In this document: piece by piece, positions 39,425 through 48,036 of the stretch
How positions within the stretch are numbered: position 1 is the first letter of the stretch
How the letters are laid out: the number at the start of each line of letters is the position of its first letter
NCBI GenBank assembly: GCA_017517745.1
Contig: JAFWYJ010000010.1
Coordinates: forward strand, 146 to 64,145
DNA from: Clostridia bacterium
GTDB lineage: Bacteria; Bacillota; Clostridia; Oscillospirales; CAG-272
Direction: 5' to 3'
Length of the DNA stretch: 64,000 bases
Notes under the pieces: model-generated
Told to the model about the DNA's origin: nothing
What the model saw: only the letters and a program-made list of their open reading frames with translations
The model's database searches: none
Made by a program: the position numbers and the translations under genes

Positions 39425-40462
39425 TTGCAAACCGAATATATCAAGATCACCGACCCCGAGGCGCAGAAAAACGACCTGGCACGCGCCGCCGAGATCATTC
39501 GCCGAGGCGGACTCGCGGTTTTCCCGACCGAAACGGTCTACGGCTTGGGAGGAGACGCGACCGACGCGAGCGCGGCAAAAAAGATCTACGCCGCCAAAGG
39601 CCGTCCCTCTGACAATCCGCTCATCATTCACGTTGCAAATCCCGAGGACGCCGAACGATACGCCCTCCCGAACGATACATATTACCGCTTGGCAAAAGCC
39701 TTTATGCCCGGTCCCCTCACCGTCATTCTCCCCAAACGCGACAACATTCCGCGCGAGGTCACGGGAGGATTGGATACGGTCGCCGTACGCTGTCCCTCTC
39801 ATCCCGTCGCCCGTGCGCTGATCGCGTTGGCCGGCGTTCCGATCGCCGCTCCCTCCGCAAATCTATCGGGTAAGCCCTCCCCCACCTCGGCATCTCACGT
39901 GGTGGAAGATCTGGACGGACGGGTGGACATGATCCTGGACGGAGGTGACTGCGAGATCGGCCTGGAATCGACCATCGTCAAGCTCGACGGTGACAAACTG
40001 ACCCTGCTGCGCCCGGGAGGCATCACCTACGATGCGCTCTGCATGGTTTGTGAGCAGGTCACGGTTGCCGATGCGGTCACGCGTCAGCTTGCCGCAGATG
40101 AACGCCCTCTCTCCCCCGGCATGAAATACCGCCACTACGCGCCCAGCGCGCCCTTGGTGCTCCTCTCCGGACCAGCAAACCGAGTGCTTGCCTTTTTGCA
40201 AGAGCAACAGCAGGCTGTGAATTGCGCGATCCTATGCTATGACGAGGAATGCGCGCATCTGCAAAAAAACAATCTGTTTGCAGTTGGCGCGCGCGATGAC
40301 GTTGCCACCCAGGCAAAGCGTCTGTTTGCCGCTCTGCGCGAGGCGGATGCAACCGATGCCGAGATCATCTATGCGCATCTGCCGCCCACAGACGGACTCG
40401 GGCTTGCGCTTTACAACCGCATGATCCGCGCCGCGGCGCATACCGTAAAAACCATCGATTGA
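39425..40462 (+). CDS. tsaC: L-threonylcarbamoyladenylate synthase (Sua5/YwlC type)
   Basis: GGLAVFPTETVYGLGGDA...KGRPSDNPLIIHV. TTG 39425 lies 5 nt after GCGAGGTG. The upstream part of the track ORF translates the repeat element. Confidence 0.85.
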   Translation: MQTEYIKITDPEAQKNDLARAAEIIRRGGLAVFPTETVYGLGGDATDASAAKKIYAAKGRPSDNPLIIHVANPEDAERYALPNDTYYRLAKAFMPGPLTVILPKRDNIPREVTGGLDTVAVRCPSHPVARALIALAGVPIAAPSANLSGKPSPTSASHVVEDLDGRVDMILDGGDCEIGLESTIVKLDGDKLTLLRPGGITYDALCMVCEQVTVADAVTRQLAADERPLSPGMKYRHYAPSAPLVLLSGPANRVLAFLQEQQQAVNCAILCYDEECAHLQKNNLFAVGARDDVATQAKRLFAALREADATDAEIIYAHLPPTDGLGLALYNRMIRAAAHTVKTID

Positions 40463-40508
40463 ATCAGGCTTTTCTCTCCATTTTAAACGAAAGGATCACC
40501 ACCGAAGC

Positions 40509-42701
40509 ATGGCGAAAAAGAAAAAGAACGAAAAAAAAGAAATAGTCTACGCCCCCGTGGTTTACCAGCCGATCACCGAAACCATTGAAAAGAACTATAT
40601 GCCCTACGTCATGAGCGTTATCGTATCGCGCGCGATCCCCGAGATCGACGGACTCAAGCCCGCGCACCGAAAACTGCTCTATACGATGTATAAAATGGGA
40701 CTGCTCAACGGCGCGCGTACCAAAAGCGCAAATATCGTTGGTCAGACGATGAAGCTCAACCCGCACGGTGACGCGTCGATCTATGAAACGCTGGTACGTC
40801 TGACGCGCGGAAATGCGACGCTCCTCCATCCTCTGATCGACTCCAAGGGCTCGTTCGGCAAGCAATATTCCTCGGAAATGAAATATGCCGCCGCGCGTTA
40901 TACCGAATGTAAGCTTGACAGCATTTGCGCCGAGCTGTTCGCGGGAATTGATAAAAATGCAGTGGATATGGTGGACAACTACGACGCCACCCTCAAGGAG
41001 CCCGTCCTGCTTCCCACCACCTTTCCCAACATCCTCGTCATGCCCAACAAAGGAATCGCGGTCGGTATGGCATCCGACATCTGCTCGTTTAATCTCGCCG
41101 AGATCTGTGACGGCACCATTGCGCTCCTGCGCAAGCCCAATCTCTCGGTGGAAAAGCTCATGGAGCTGGTCAAAGCCCCCGACTTCTCGGGCGGCGGTGT
41201 CATCCTTTATGACGAGGAACAGATGAAACAGGTTTACACCACGGGTCAGGGCTCGGTCAAGCTCCGCGCGCGTTACGTCTATGACAAGGAGCAAAATTGC
41301 ATCGACATCATTCAGATCCCCTACTCCACATCGATCGAGCTGATCCTGGCAAAGCTGACGTCGCTCTATAAGGAAGGCAGACTGAAGGAGGTCACCGATT
41401 TCCGTGACGAGATCGACCTGAGCGGCTTCAAGCTGACCATCGACCTGCGCCGCGGTGTCGATCCCGACAAATTGATGACCAAGCTCTTCAAGATGACACC
41501 GCTGGAGGACAGCTTCAAGTGCAACTTCAACGTGCTGATCAACAGCGTTCCGCGCACACTGGGCATCATTGAAATCCTGCACGAATGGATCAAGTTCCGT
41601 CTCGAATGTCTGCGCCGTGAGATGACCTTTGAGCTTGGCAAGAAAAAGGACAAGCTGCATCTGCTTCTGGCACTCGGCAAGATCCTGCTTGACATCGACA
41701 AGGCGATCCGCATCATCCGCCGTACCGAGCTGGAGGAGGACGTGGTTCCCAACCTGATGAAGGGCTTTGACATCGATGAAATCCAAGCGAACTATATCGC
41801 CGAGATCAAGCTGCGCAACCTCAACCGTCAGTATATCCTCAACCGCATCTCCGAGATCGAGGGACTTCAACAGGAGATCGCCGACATGGAGGAGACGCTG
41901 AAGGACGAGCTCAAGCAAAAGGCGTTGATCATTCAGCAACTGACCGAGATCAAAAAGAAATACGGTCAACCGCGCCGCACGCAGATCCTTCCCATCAACA
42001 TGGTCTCGACCTATCAAGAGGAAGAGCACGTCGAAAAATATCCCGCCCGCTTCGTGCTGACGCGCCAGGGTTATTTCAAGAAGATCACCTTCCAATCCCT
42101 GCGCGGAAACGACGAGCAGAAGTGCAAGGACGGTGATGAGATTTTGAATCTGATGGACGGAGAAAACTCCGGCAACCTCATCTTCCTCACCGATCACTGT
42201 CAGCTCTACCGCGCAAAAGCAGACGACTTTGACACCACCAAGGCGTCGGCACTGGGAGATTATCTGCCCGTCACGCTGAAAATGGACGCCGACGAAAAGC
42301 CGGTTTTGATGAACATTCAGAACAAATATCCCGCCAAGGATCATTTCATTTTCATCTTTGCCAACGGCAAAGGCGTGCGTATCTCAGCGGCAGCCTATGA
42401 GATCACGGGCAACCGCCGCAAGCTGACATCGGCATTCTCCAAAACCTCGCCCATCGTCGCGGCGTTCTATGAGACGGAACCGATGGAGGTGATGCTGGTT
42501 TCCTCGGATAACCGCGCCATCGTCATCAAATCCTCGCTCATTCCCGAAATGGCAACCCGCACCTCGGGAGGCTCGACGCTGATGTCTCTCAAGAAGGGAC
42601 AAACGCTCGTGCGCGTGACGACCGATCTTTCGCAGATCCCGGACGGCGCGAAAAGCTTGAAAAAATTAAAAATCCCGGCAACCGGTGTACCGCTGCCGTA
42701 A
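40509..42701 (+). CDS. type IIA DNA topoisomerase subunit A (GyrA/ParC-like)
   Basis: YMPYVMSVIVSRAIPEIDGLKPAHRKLLY and the catalytic-Tyr context AAARYTE. No B subunit is adjacent. Confidence 0.85.
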   Translation: MAKKKKNEKKEIVYAPVVYQPITETIEKNYMPYVMSVIVSRAIPEIDGLKPAHRKLLYTMYKMGLLNGARTKSANIVGQTMKLNPHGDASIYETLVRLTRGNATLLHPLIDSKGSFGKQYSSEMKYAAARYTECKLDSICAELFAGIDKNAVDMVDNYDATLKEPVLLPTTFPNILVMPNKGIAVGMASDICSFNLAEICDGTIALLRKPNLSVEKLMELVKAPDFSGGGVILYDEEQMKQVYTTGQGSVKLRARYVYDKEQNCIDIIQIPYSTSIELILAKLTSLYKEGRLKEVTDFRDEIDLSGFKLTIDLRRGVDPDKLMTKLFKMTPLEDSFKCNFNVLINSVPRTLGIIEILHEWIKFRLECLRREMTFELGKKKDKLHLLLALGKILLDIDKAIRIIRRTELEEDVVPNLMKGFDIDEIQANYIAEIKLRNLNRQYILNRISEIEGLQQEIADMEETLKDELKQKALIIQQLTEIKKKYGQPRRTQILPINMVSTYQEEEHVEKYPARFVLTRQGYFKKITFQSLRGNDEQKCKDGDEILNLMDGENSGNLIFLTDHCQLYRAKADDFDTTKASALGDYLPVTLKMDADEKPVLMNIQNKYPAKDHFIFIFANGKGVRISAAAYEITGNRRKLTSAFSKTSPIVAAFYETEPMEVMLVSSDNRAIVIKSSLIPEMATRTSGGSTLMSLKKGQTLVRVTTDLSQIPDGAKSLKKLKIPATGVPLP

Positions 42702-42721
42702 CGGCAAGAAAGGAAACTATC

Positions 42722-42862
42722 ATGGCAAAGAAAACAAAAAAGTCCTATCCCCTCCCCGTCAGGATCCTTGCGCTGATCCTGACCTTCCTGGTCGCATCGG
42801 GAATTCTGACCTACCTCATCATGTTCTTTTTGAACCTGTTCCACGTCGGTCACGTGCATTGA
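42722..42862 (+). CDS. 46-aa single-TM peptide (unannotated small ORF)
   Basis: MAKKTKKSYPLPVRILALILTFLVASGILTYLIMFFLNLFHVGHVH. RBS AGAAAGGAAA. Terminator downstream. Confidence 0.4.
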   Translation: MAKKTKKSYPLPVRILALILTFLVASGILTYLIMFFLNLFHVGHVH

Positions 42863-42910
42863 AATAAAAGGACCGTTCCGAGAATCTGCAAAATCAGCGA
42901 AAAAAACGAC

Positions 42911-42941
42911 AAAAGCCACCACATTTTTTATGGTGGCTTTT
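42911..42941. terminator. hairpin terminator
   Basis: AAAAGCCACCA-cattttttа-TGGTGGCTTTT. Confidence 0.7.
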
Positions 42942-42963
42942 GATATGCAAAAACCAAAGAAAA

Positions 42964-42982
42964 GCCCCGCGCGAAGCGGGGC
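42964..42982 (-). terminator. terminator of the HTH-TPR regulator gene
   Basis: GCCCCGC-gcgaa-GCGGGGC, followed on the minus strand by TTTTCTTTGGTTTTT. Confidence 0.7.
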
Positions 42983-42992
42983 AAAATTAGGA

Positions 42993-44177
42993 TTATGCTT
43001 GTAATTTGGATACCCATTTGTTCCAACGGGGATCCGCTTGTATTTCAGGTTTTACAGTTGAATACTCAGACACACTCCACCAAGGCCAATCTTCTGCCAA
43101 ACTTATGTGTGAGGTTTCGATAGGGGATTCGATATCAACCTTGCCTTGACACATTTCGTACTGAACCAATCTAATAAGTGGTGCAGTATAGTATCCTATA
43201 TCTTTTATACGGCATTCGTCAAAACGAATGAAGTGTTCAAGAGAATTGTCTAAAGCTTCAAACGCCTCGTCTTTTTTACCGTCCAGCCACAAGTATAGTG
43301 AAAGCAAGGTATAAACTCTTGCAATATACGAATGATGTAAACCACAGTTGCCATCGGTGCAGACAATACTAAATAATTCGATAGAATCACGCAAGCTCTG
43401 TACCTTTTCTGCGGTGGTCATATTTTTTTTGTTAACAAGCACTCCGCTGACCATAAGTTCAGAACAAGCGCGTATGGTTTTCAGAAGTCCTTTACCATAT
43501 GCCTCTGCACGTTTCTTTCCATCTGTCGCGTTTGCTTTGAGAAACTCTCTTGATCCATAGATATTGGGAACAGTTTCAATAATTTCATTTGCCCTCTTGT
43601 GTTCTCCAACATTCAAATACAGTTGAGTCAGTTCACGAATGACACGATGGCGCGATTCCCCATCTTCCATAGAGTTTAATAATTTTTCATAGAGCGAAAT
43701 TGCTTCTTTCCATTCGCTATAGGTTCGATGCTTTTCAACATTCAATACATCATATCCCTCATCATCCAACAAGTGATATTCACCATATCGAACATACCCT
43801 GCATTATACAATACAGAAGCAAGGCGTAGCATGATTTTTTCATTTTCGGGAAATTCGATCAATGCATTTCGAGCAAGAGAAATGCACTCGTCCATGTTTA
43901 TATCTTCCCCGTTATTCCGGGAATTCATTTGATCGATTTTCGTAGCCAATTCGTCAATTCTTTTAGAACGCTCATTGTTGTAACCAAATAGCTCGTCAAT
44001 GGAAACGCCAAAATAATTAGCGATAGAAGGAATCATTTCCATATCGGGATAACCACCGTTTGCCTCCCATCGTGAAACTGCTTGCGACGTTACGCCGATC
44101 GCTTCAGCAAGTGCTTCTTGAGTGCGTCCATCGCGCCGACGCAGTTCGCGTATTTTTTGTCCTAAATTAAGTTGCAT
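42993..44177 (-). CDS. XRE-HTH + TPR-like transcriptional regulator (RRNPP-like architecture)
   Basis: LGQKIRELRRRDGRTQEALAEAIGVTSQAVSRWEANGGYP, then about 320 aa of helical repeats. RBS GGAGGTG. The gene is AT-rich. Confidence 0.75.
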   Translation of the reverse strand: MQLNLGQKIRELRRRDGRTQEALAEAIGVTSQAVSRWEANGGYPDMEMIPSIANYFGVSIDELFGYNNERSKRIDELATKIDQMNSRNNGEDINMDECISLARNALIEFPENEKIMLRLASVLYNAGYVRYGEYHLLDDEGYDVLNVEKHRTYSEWKEAISLYEKLLNSMEDGESRHRVIRELTQLYLNVGEHKRANEIIETVPNIYGSREFLKANATDGKKRAEAYGKGLLKTIRACSELMVSGVLVNKKNMTTAEKVQSLRDSIELFSIVCTDGNCGLHHSYIARVYTLLSLYLWLDGKKDEAFEALDNSLEHFIRFDECRIKDIGYYTAPLIRLVQYEMCQGKVDIESPIETSHISLAEDWPWWSVSEYSTVKPEIQADPRWNKWVSKLQA

Positions 44178-44413
44178 ATAAGCACCTCCAAAATTTGTTT
44201 CACCGGTGTAATGATATTATAGCAAATATTTTTGAAAAAAACAATTGTCAATTCGTTGTTTCAAATTCAAGCGATCGTTGGATTGTGTTTTCTGCTTTTC
44301 CGATGCTTGCGTCTGTGGACAAGAAAACGCCACCAAAGAATAGTCCTTGGTTTTTTTTTGTGTTTTCTTCGATAAAGTTGCAAAGAGAAGAAGTGCTCCT
44401 CTGTTTTTACAAA

Positions 44414-44450
44414 CATAAGAGCAGGCAGATGATATCTGCCTGCTCTTATG
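44414..44450. terminator. 17-bp perfect hairpin abutting the GNAT stop
   Basis: CATAAGAGCAGGCAGAT-gat-ATCTGCCTGCTCTTATG. Confidence 0.6.
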
Positions 44451-44930
44451 TTATTCCCGCTTCATTTCCATTTGCAACTCCATACCAAACGGACAAGCTT
44501 TTTCATTCCCGTTAAACGCAAATCCAAATTTTTCGTAAAAACGGATCGCTCGATCATTGCCCCTCAGAACCCAAAGAACGAGAGGTCGCCGATCGGCAAG
44601 AGATGAAACGGTTCTTTTTAACAGTTCATATCCCAACTTTTGACCATAGTATTCTTTCAATAGGTAAATCGCAAAAAGTTCATTTGCGCCTTCTGTATCC
44701 AAACTGTTTCCAACGCAAGAAAAGCCGACGGTTTGATGATTGACCTTTAGCAAAAGCGTGTTTTTAGGAAACCGAAATGCCATCTTAATACATTTTTCCA
44801 AGGTGAGGCTACTCAAATAATGATCAGGCATCAATCCTTTATACGTTTCTTGCCATGATTTCCAATGTACGTAGCCTTTTTCTTCTTTTTCGGCATCTGT
44901 CGTCATTGGGCAGATCTCAAATTCAATCAT
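44451..44930 (-). CDS. GNAT-family N-acetyltransferase
   Basis: YYGQKLGYELLKRTV...IRFYEKFGF. RBS GGGGAG. Confidence 0.8.
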   Translation of the reverse strand: MIEFEICPMTTDAEKEEKGYVHWKSWQETYKGLMPDHYLSSLTLEKCIKMAFRFPKNTLLLKVNHQTVGFSCVGNSLDTEGANELFAIYLLKEYYGQKLGYELLKRTVSSLADRRPLVLWVLRGNDRAIRFYEKFGFAFNGNEKACPFGMELQMEMKRE

Positions 44931-44982
44931 GCAACCGCTCTCCCCTTTCTTTTCATGATAGATCGATATAAATTCTCAATTC

Positions 44983-45302
44983 TCATTCTTCCGCATACAA
45001 TTTGTCGAGATGCCAATGAATTGGGTTTTCGCAAATATATTTTACGTGATCATCATAATCTTTTTCGTTTCGAATGATATGATCGTAAAAATTTCTTTGC
45101 CATATATTGTTTCCGTATTCTTTGTTACAAAATCTTTTGAACGTTGAAACGAAACGCGAAACGATGGAATGTTGTTTTGTAGGGGGCGAGATAAAATTTG
45201 TTTCCTGTGTTCAGTGCATATTGTCAAAAAATAGGCTCCACAGGTATTATAATTATAATTCTCCAAACGAGTGCTTTTTCTCTTCGGTAATTCTTTTTCC
45301 AT
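44983..45302 (-). pseudogene. decayed Y1 (HUH) transposase of the RAYT/IS200-like type: internal deletion plus frameshift
   Basis: Frame 1 gives MEKELPKRKSTRLENYNYNTCGAYFLTICTEHRKQIL. A second frame gives IVSRFVSTFKRFCNKEYGNNIWQRNFYDHIIRNEKDYDDHVKYICENPIHWHLDKLYAEE*. The central HUH segment is missing. Confidence 0.7.
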
Positions 45303-45304
45303 CG

Positions 45305-46804
45305 TCAATTTTCCGCAAACTCCACCGTCACCATCACGGCGTTCTCGGAATTGTCCTCGGTGGTATCAAGGCTTGCGAGAAGCGCACCCGAAAGCGTGAC
45401 GGTGCTTCCGTTGACGGTCTTGGCGGCATCCAACGTCAGCGCCTGACCTCTGATCAGGCTTTGCGCCGTGACAGATGCCACGGGGCGGTCAAATTGGAGT
45501 GTCACACTTGCAAACGAGCCGAAAATACCGACTCTCTCGGCATCTGCGGCAAAGCAGGTGACACGGGGAGAGGTGGTGCTCTCAAGCGCCATGCGTCGGC
45601 GGATCGCCGCCAGAGAATACGCTCCCGACGGATTTTTCGACGCGATCACAAACGGCGCTCGCTCGTCGCTCTCCACGAGCGGCAGGGGCGTATTCCGCGC
45701 GATCACGGCGGGTGCCGCCTGCTCCACGGTTTTGTTCATGATATCACAGAACCATGTGTCTTCTTCGGAATAATAGCAGCTATCCACCAAAACGTTCTCG
45801 GAGCGCAAGAGCTCACCTCCGGCGAACGGAGGAGCTACGCGTTGCCACTTGACTGTGGCAGTGATCTCGTCCAGGCGCGTACACATCCGAAAGAGATTTT
45901 TGCCGTATGCCGAGCGCATGATGCCCACCGAGCAACCCAGTGCCGCGCCCATATAAAGCTCGTCCTCACAGTTGACGATGCCAACCGCAGTCTCCAAAAG
46001 GGTGGACAAACGGTCGAGCGTGGAGGTGGCGGACAACATATCATCGGTCACGTCATAGGAGCGGAAGGCATCGCTAAATCCGCTGATCGCGCGAATGCGC
46101 GCGATCTTCGGGAAATCCTCATAGCGGATCTTTCCCTCCGGAATCACGCCGTTGACGGGAGCCAAACAGCAGGCATGCTCCATGATCAGCTCGGGAAACA
46201 GCTCATGCCCCAAGCGCGTCATCATTTCCCGATACTCCGCCTTGCCCGAATGCTTGCCCCAATCGACCTTCCAATAGCGAATATCGGCATATTTGCACCA
46301 CAGGATCCGCTCGCGCCAATATGCCTCGTGCTTGGCATAGTCCCACGCGGGATCGTCGTATCTCTCTCCCGAGATCTGCGGCGCGATCCAAAGCCCCGCT
46401 CCGCGCCAACCGAGCGCTTTGATCCTTTCGTTCAACTGATGCAGACGCTCGGCGGGCGTTCCCCGCAAGGACGGGAATCGCTCGGGATCAATTTCCAGCG
46501 AGCCGAACATGTGGATCTCGACGTCGGGATTGATCGTGAACGGCACGTCCCAGCCGTCGTCCAGCACAAAATACAGATCCCCGCGCAATTCGGGGAACTG
46601 ATCGGCAAAGCCGCCCTCTCCAAAGATCGTCTCCTCGTTCATTTCGGCACGCGCGAGCTTGGAGCCCAACGCACCGAAGAAGTCCTCGGGCTTCGCGCCC
46701 TTTCCAAACGCCTTGTTCTTGGCAACAAAGTTCTGGCTTGCCCAAGAACAGCAATAGCTGAGGGTTTCCCCGTGTTTCAGCGTTTTGATCGGATTTCCTG
46801 CCAT
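45305..46804 (-). CDS. clan GH-D-like (alpha-galactosidase-like) putative glycoside hydrolase
   Basis: FVLDDGW...FPSL...GLWIAPQ...IRYWKVDWG. RBS AAAGGAGAA. Confidence 0.55.
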   Translation of the reverse strand: MAGNPIKTLKHGETLSYCCSWASQNFVAKNKAFGKGAKPEDFFGALGSKLARAEMNEETIFGEGGFADQFPELRGDLYFVLDDGWDVPFTINPDVEIHMFGSLEIDPERFPSLRGTPAERLHQLNERIKALGWRGAGLWIAPQISGERYDDPAWDYAKHEAYWRERILWCKYADIRYWKVDWGKHSGKAEYREMMTRLGHELFPELIMEHACCLAPVNGVIPEGKIRYEDFPKIARIRAISGFSDAFRSYDVTDDMLSATSTLDRLSTLLETAVGIVNCEDELYMGAALGCSVGIMRSAYGKNLFRMCTRLDEITATVKWQRVAPPFAGGELLRSENVLVDSCYYSEEDTWFCDIMNKTVEQAAPAVIARNTPLPLVESDERAPFVIASKNPSGAYSLAAIRRRMALESTTSPRVTCFAADAERVGIFGSFASVTLQFDRPVASVTAQSLIRGQALTLDAAKTVNGSTVTLSGALLASLDTTEDNSENAVMVTVEFAEN

Positions 46805-46842
46805 AAAAATTCTCCTTTCGGGATTTGGAAAAAGTTGATTTT

Positions 46843-47505
46843 TTATTCAGTCGTCTGAGGCGTACGCCTTTGGCTGAGCATCCACTCGAGCAGCTCGTCG
46901 TCGCTGTAGGCGGCGTTCCAGGCGTTGTGCTTGACACCGTAAAGGATCTTGATCTGCGCCTTTGTACCACCCCACTTGTGGATCGCGCTGAGCATCGAGA
47001 TCGATTCGCTCACGGGAACGGTGTCATCAAGGTCACCGTGATAAATATAAGTCGGAAGATTCACAAGCGTTCCGGCATACCAATAGATTCCCGTACCGCA
47101 AACCGGAACAAGTGCCGCAAAGCGATCGGGATCTGCCATCGCGAGCATCCACGCGCCGGTACCTCCCATGCTCAGTCCCGTCAAATAGACACGGTCAAGA
47201 TCAACGGGAAGCGTCGCACAGATCTCATCCAAAAACGCCAGCAGAGACTCGGTGAAGCATCCCCAATACTTGCCCTCGGGACACTGCGGCGCGATGAAAA
47301 TAAAAGGATATTCCCGTCCCTCTTCCCTGACGTGCTTCATGTATCCATTGAACATTGCCTTATCGAGATCATCGCCGCGCTCTCCCGCACCGTGCAAAAA
47401 GAAAACCAGCGGGTACTTTTTGGTTTCGTCAAAGTCCTTGGGAAGATATTTGACGTAGCCGAAATTATAATGCGAAGCCGACTTCCACTTGTGTTTGGTA
47501 TACAT
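46843..47505 (-). CDS. alpha/beta-hydrolase esterase/peptidase
   Basis: FFLHGAGERG, nucleophile elbow GLSMGG, HGDLDDTVP. ATG 47505 follows AAGGAGAAAGACG. Confidence 0.8.
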   Translation of the reverse strand: MYTKHKWKSASHYNFGYVKYLPKDFDETKKYPLVFFLHGAGERGDDLDKAMFNGYMKHVREEGREYPFIFIAPQCPEGKYWGCFTESLLAFLDEICATLPVDLDRVYLTGLSMGGTGAWMLAMADPDRFAALVPVCGTGIYWYAGTLVNLPTYIYHGDLDDTVPVSESISMLSAIHKWGGTKAQIKILYGVKHNAWNAAYSDDELLEWMLSQRRTPQTTE

Positions 47506-47624
47506 CGTCTTTCTCCTTGAAGAATTCGTTTTGATATAACACATTATAACACACGCCGAAACAAAATTGTTGATAAAATTCAAAATTTAATCAAAATTTA
47601 TCAAAAATATTTTTGATTTTCCTA

Positions 47625-47653
47625 TTGACAAAAAAGGTGGTCTGTGATATAAT
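47625..47653 (+). promoter_or_regulatory. consensus promoter of the tRNA operon
   Basis: TTGACA, 17 nt ending in TGA, TATAAT. Confidence 0.75.
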
Positions 47654-47681
47654 ATTGAGGTACTTGAGAGAGTCACGATAT

Positions 47682-47755
47682 GCGAGTGTAGTTCAATGGT
47701 AGAATCCCAGCCTTCCAAGCTGGTCGCGTGGGTTCGATTCCCATCACTCGCTCCA
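47682..47755 (+). tRNA. tRNA-Gly (anticodon TCC)
   Basis: Acceptor stem GCGAGTG/CACTCGC, anticodon loop CTTCCAA, T-loop GTTCGATTC, encoded CCA. Confidence 0.9.
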
Positions 47756-47804
47756 AAAGAGGGGCTGCTTTCCGAAGCAATTCGGAAAGCGCTCTCCCGT
47801 CTAT

Positions 47805-47881
<77 letters not shown>

Positions 47882-47887
47882 AGTCAT

Positions 47888-47965
47888 GGTGGGATTGGCA
47901 CAGTTGGTTAGCGCGTCAGGTTGTGGCCCTGAAGGTCGTGGGTTCGAATCCCATATCTCACCCCA
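47888..47965 (+). tRNA. tRNA-His (anticodon GTG) with G-1
   Basis: Extra 5' G opposite discriminator C, anticodon loop TTGTGGC, encoded CCA. Confidence 0.9.
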
Positions 47966-47967
47966 GA

Positions 47968-48000
47968 AAAAAATCCGAGAACAAAGTTCTCGGATTTTTT
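47968..48000. terminator. terminator after the tRNA operon
   Basis: AAAAAATCCGAGAAC-aaa-GTTCTCGGATTTTTT. Confidence 0.85.
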
Positions 48001-48036
48001 ATTTTTGAAACCGGACGGATGTCCCGAAGAATCTTT

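Noticed and set aside
40464-42344. 626-aa ORF on the minus strand
   Set aside because: It is antisense to the topoisomerase A-subunit gene.
42863-42992. 23-aa ORF (MWWLLSFFSLILQILGTVLLFQCT) downstream of the HTH-TPR regulator, considered as a candidate signalling pro-peptide
   Set aside because: It starts inside a terminator hairpin, has no RBS and has no charged N-region. It is most likely fortuitous.
44178-44515. 106-aa plus-strand ORF and a 49-aa basic minus-strand ORF in the regulator/GNAT intergenic region
   Set aside because: Neither has an RBS. Both overlap the hairpin or the end of the GNAT gene. The region is better explained as the regulator's promoter (extended -10 TGCTATAAT at 44216..44224) plus its upstream sequence.
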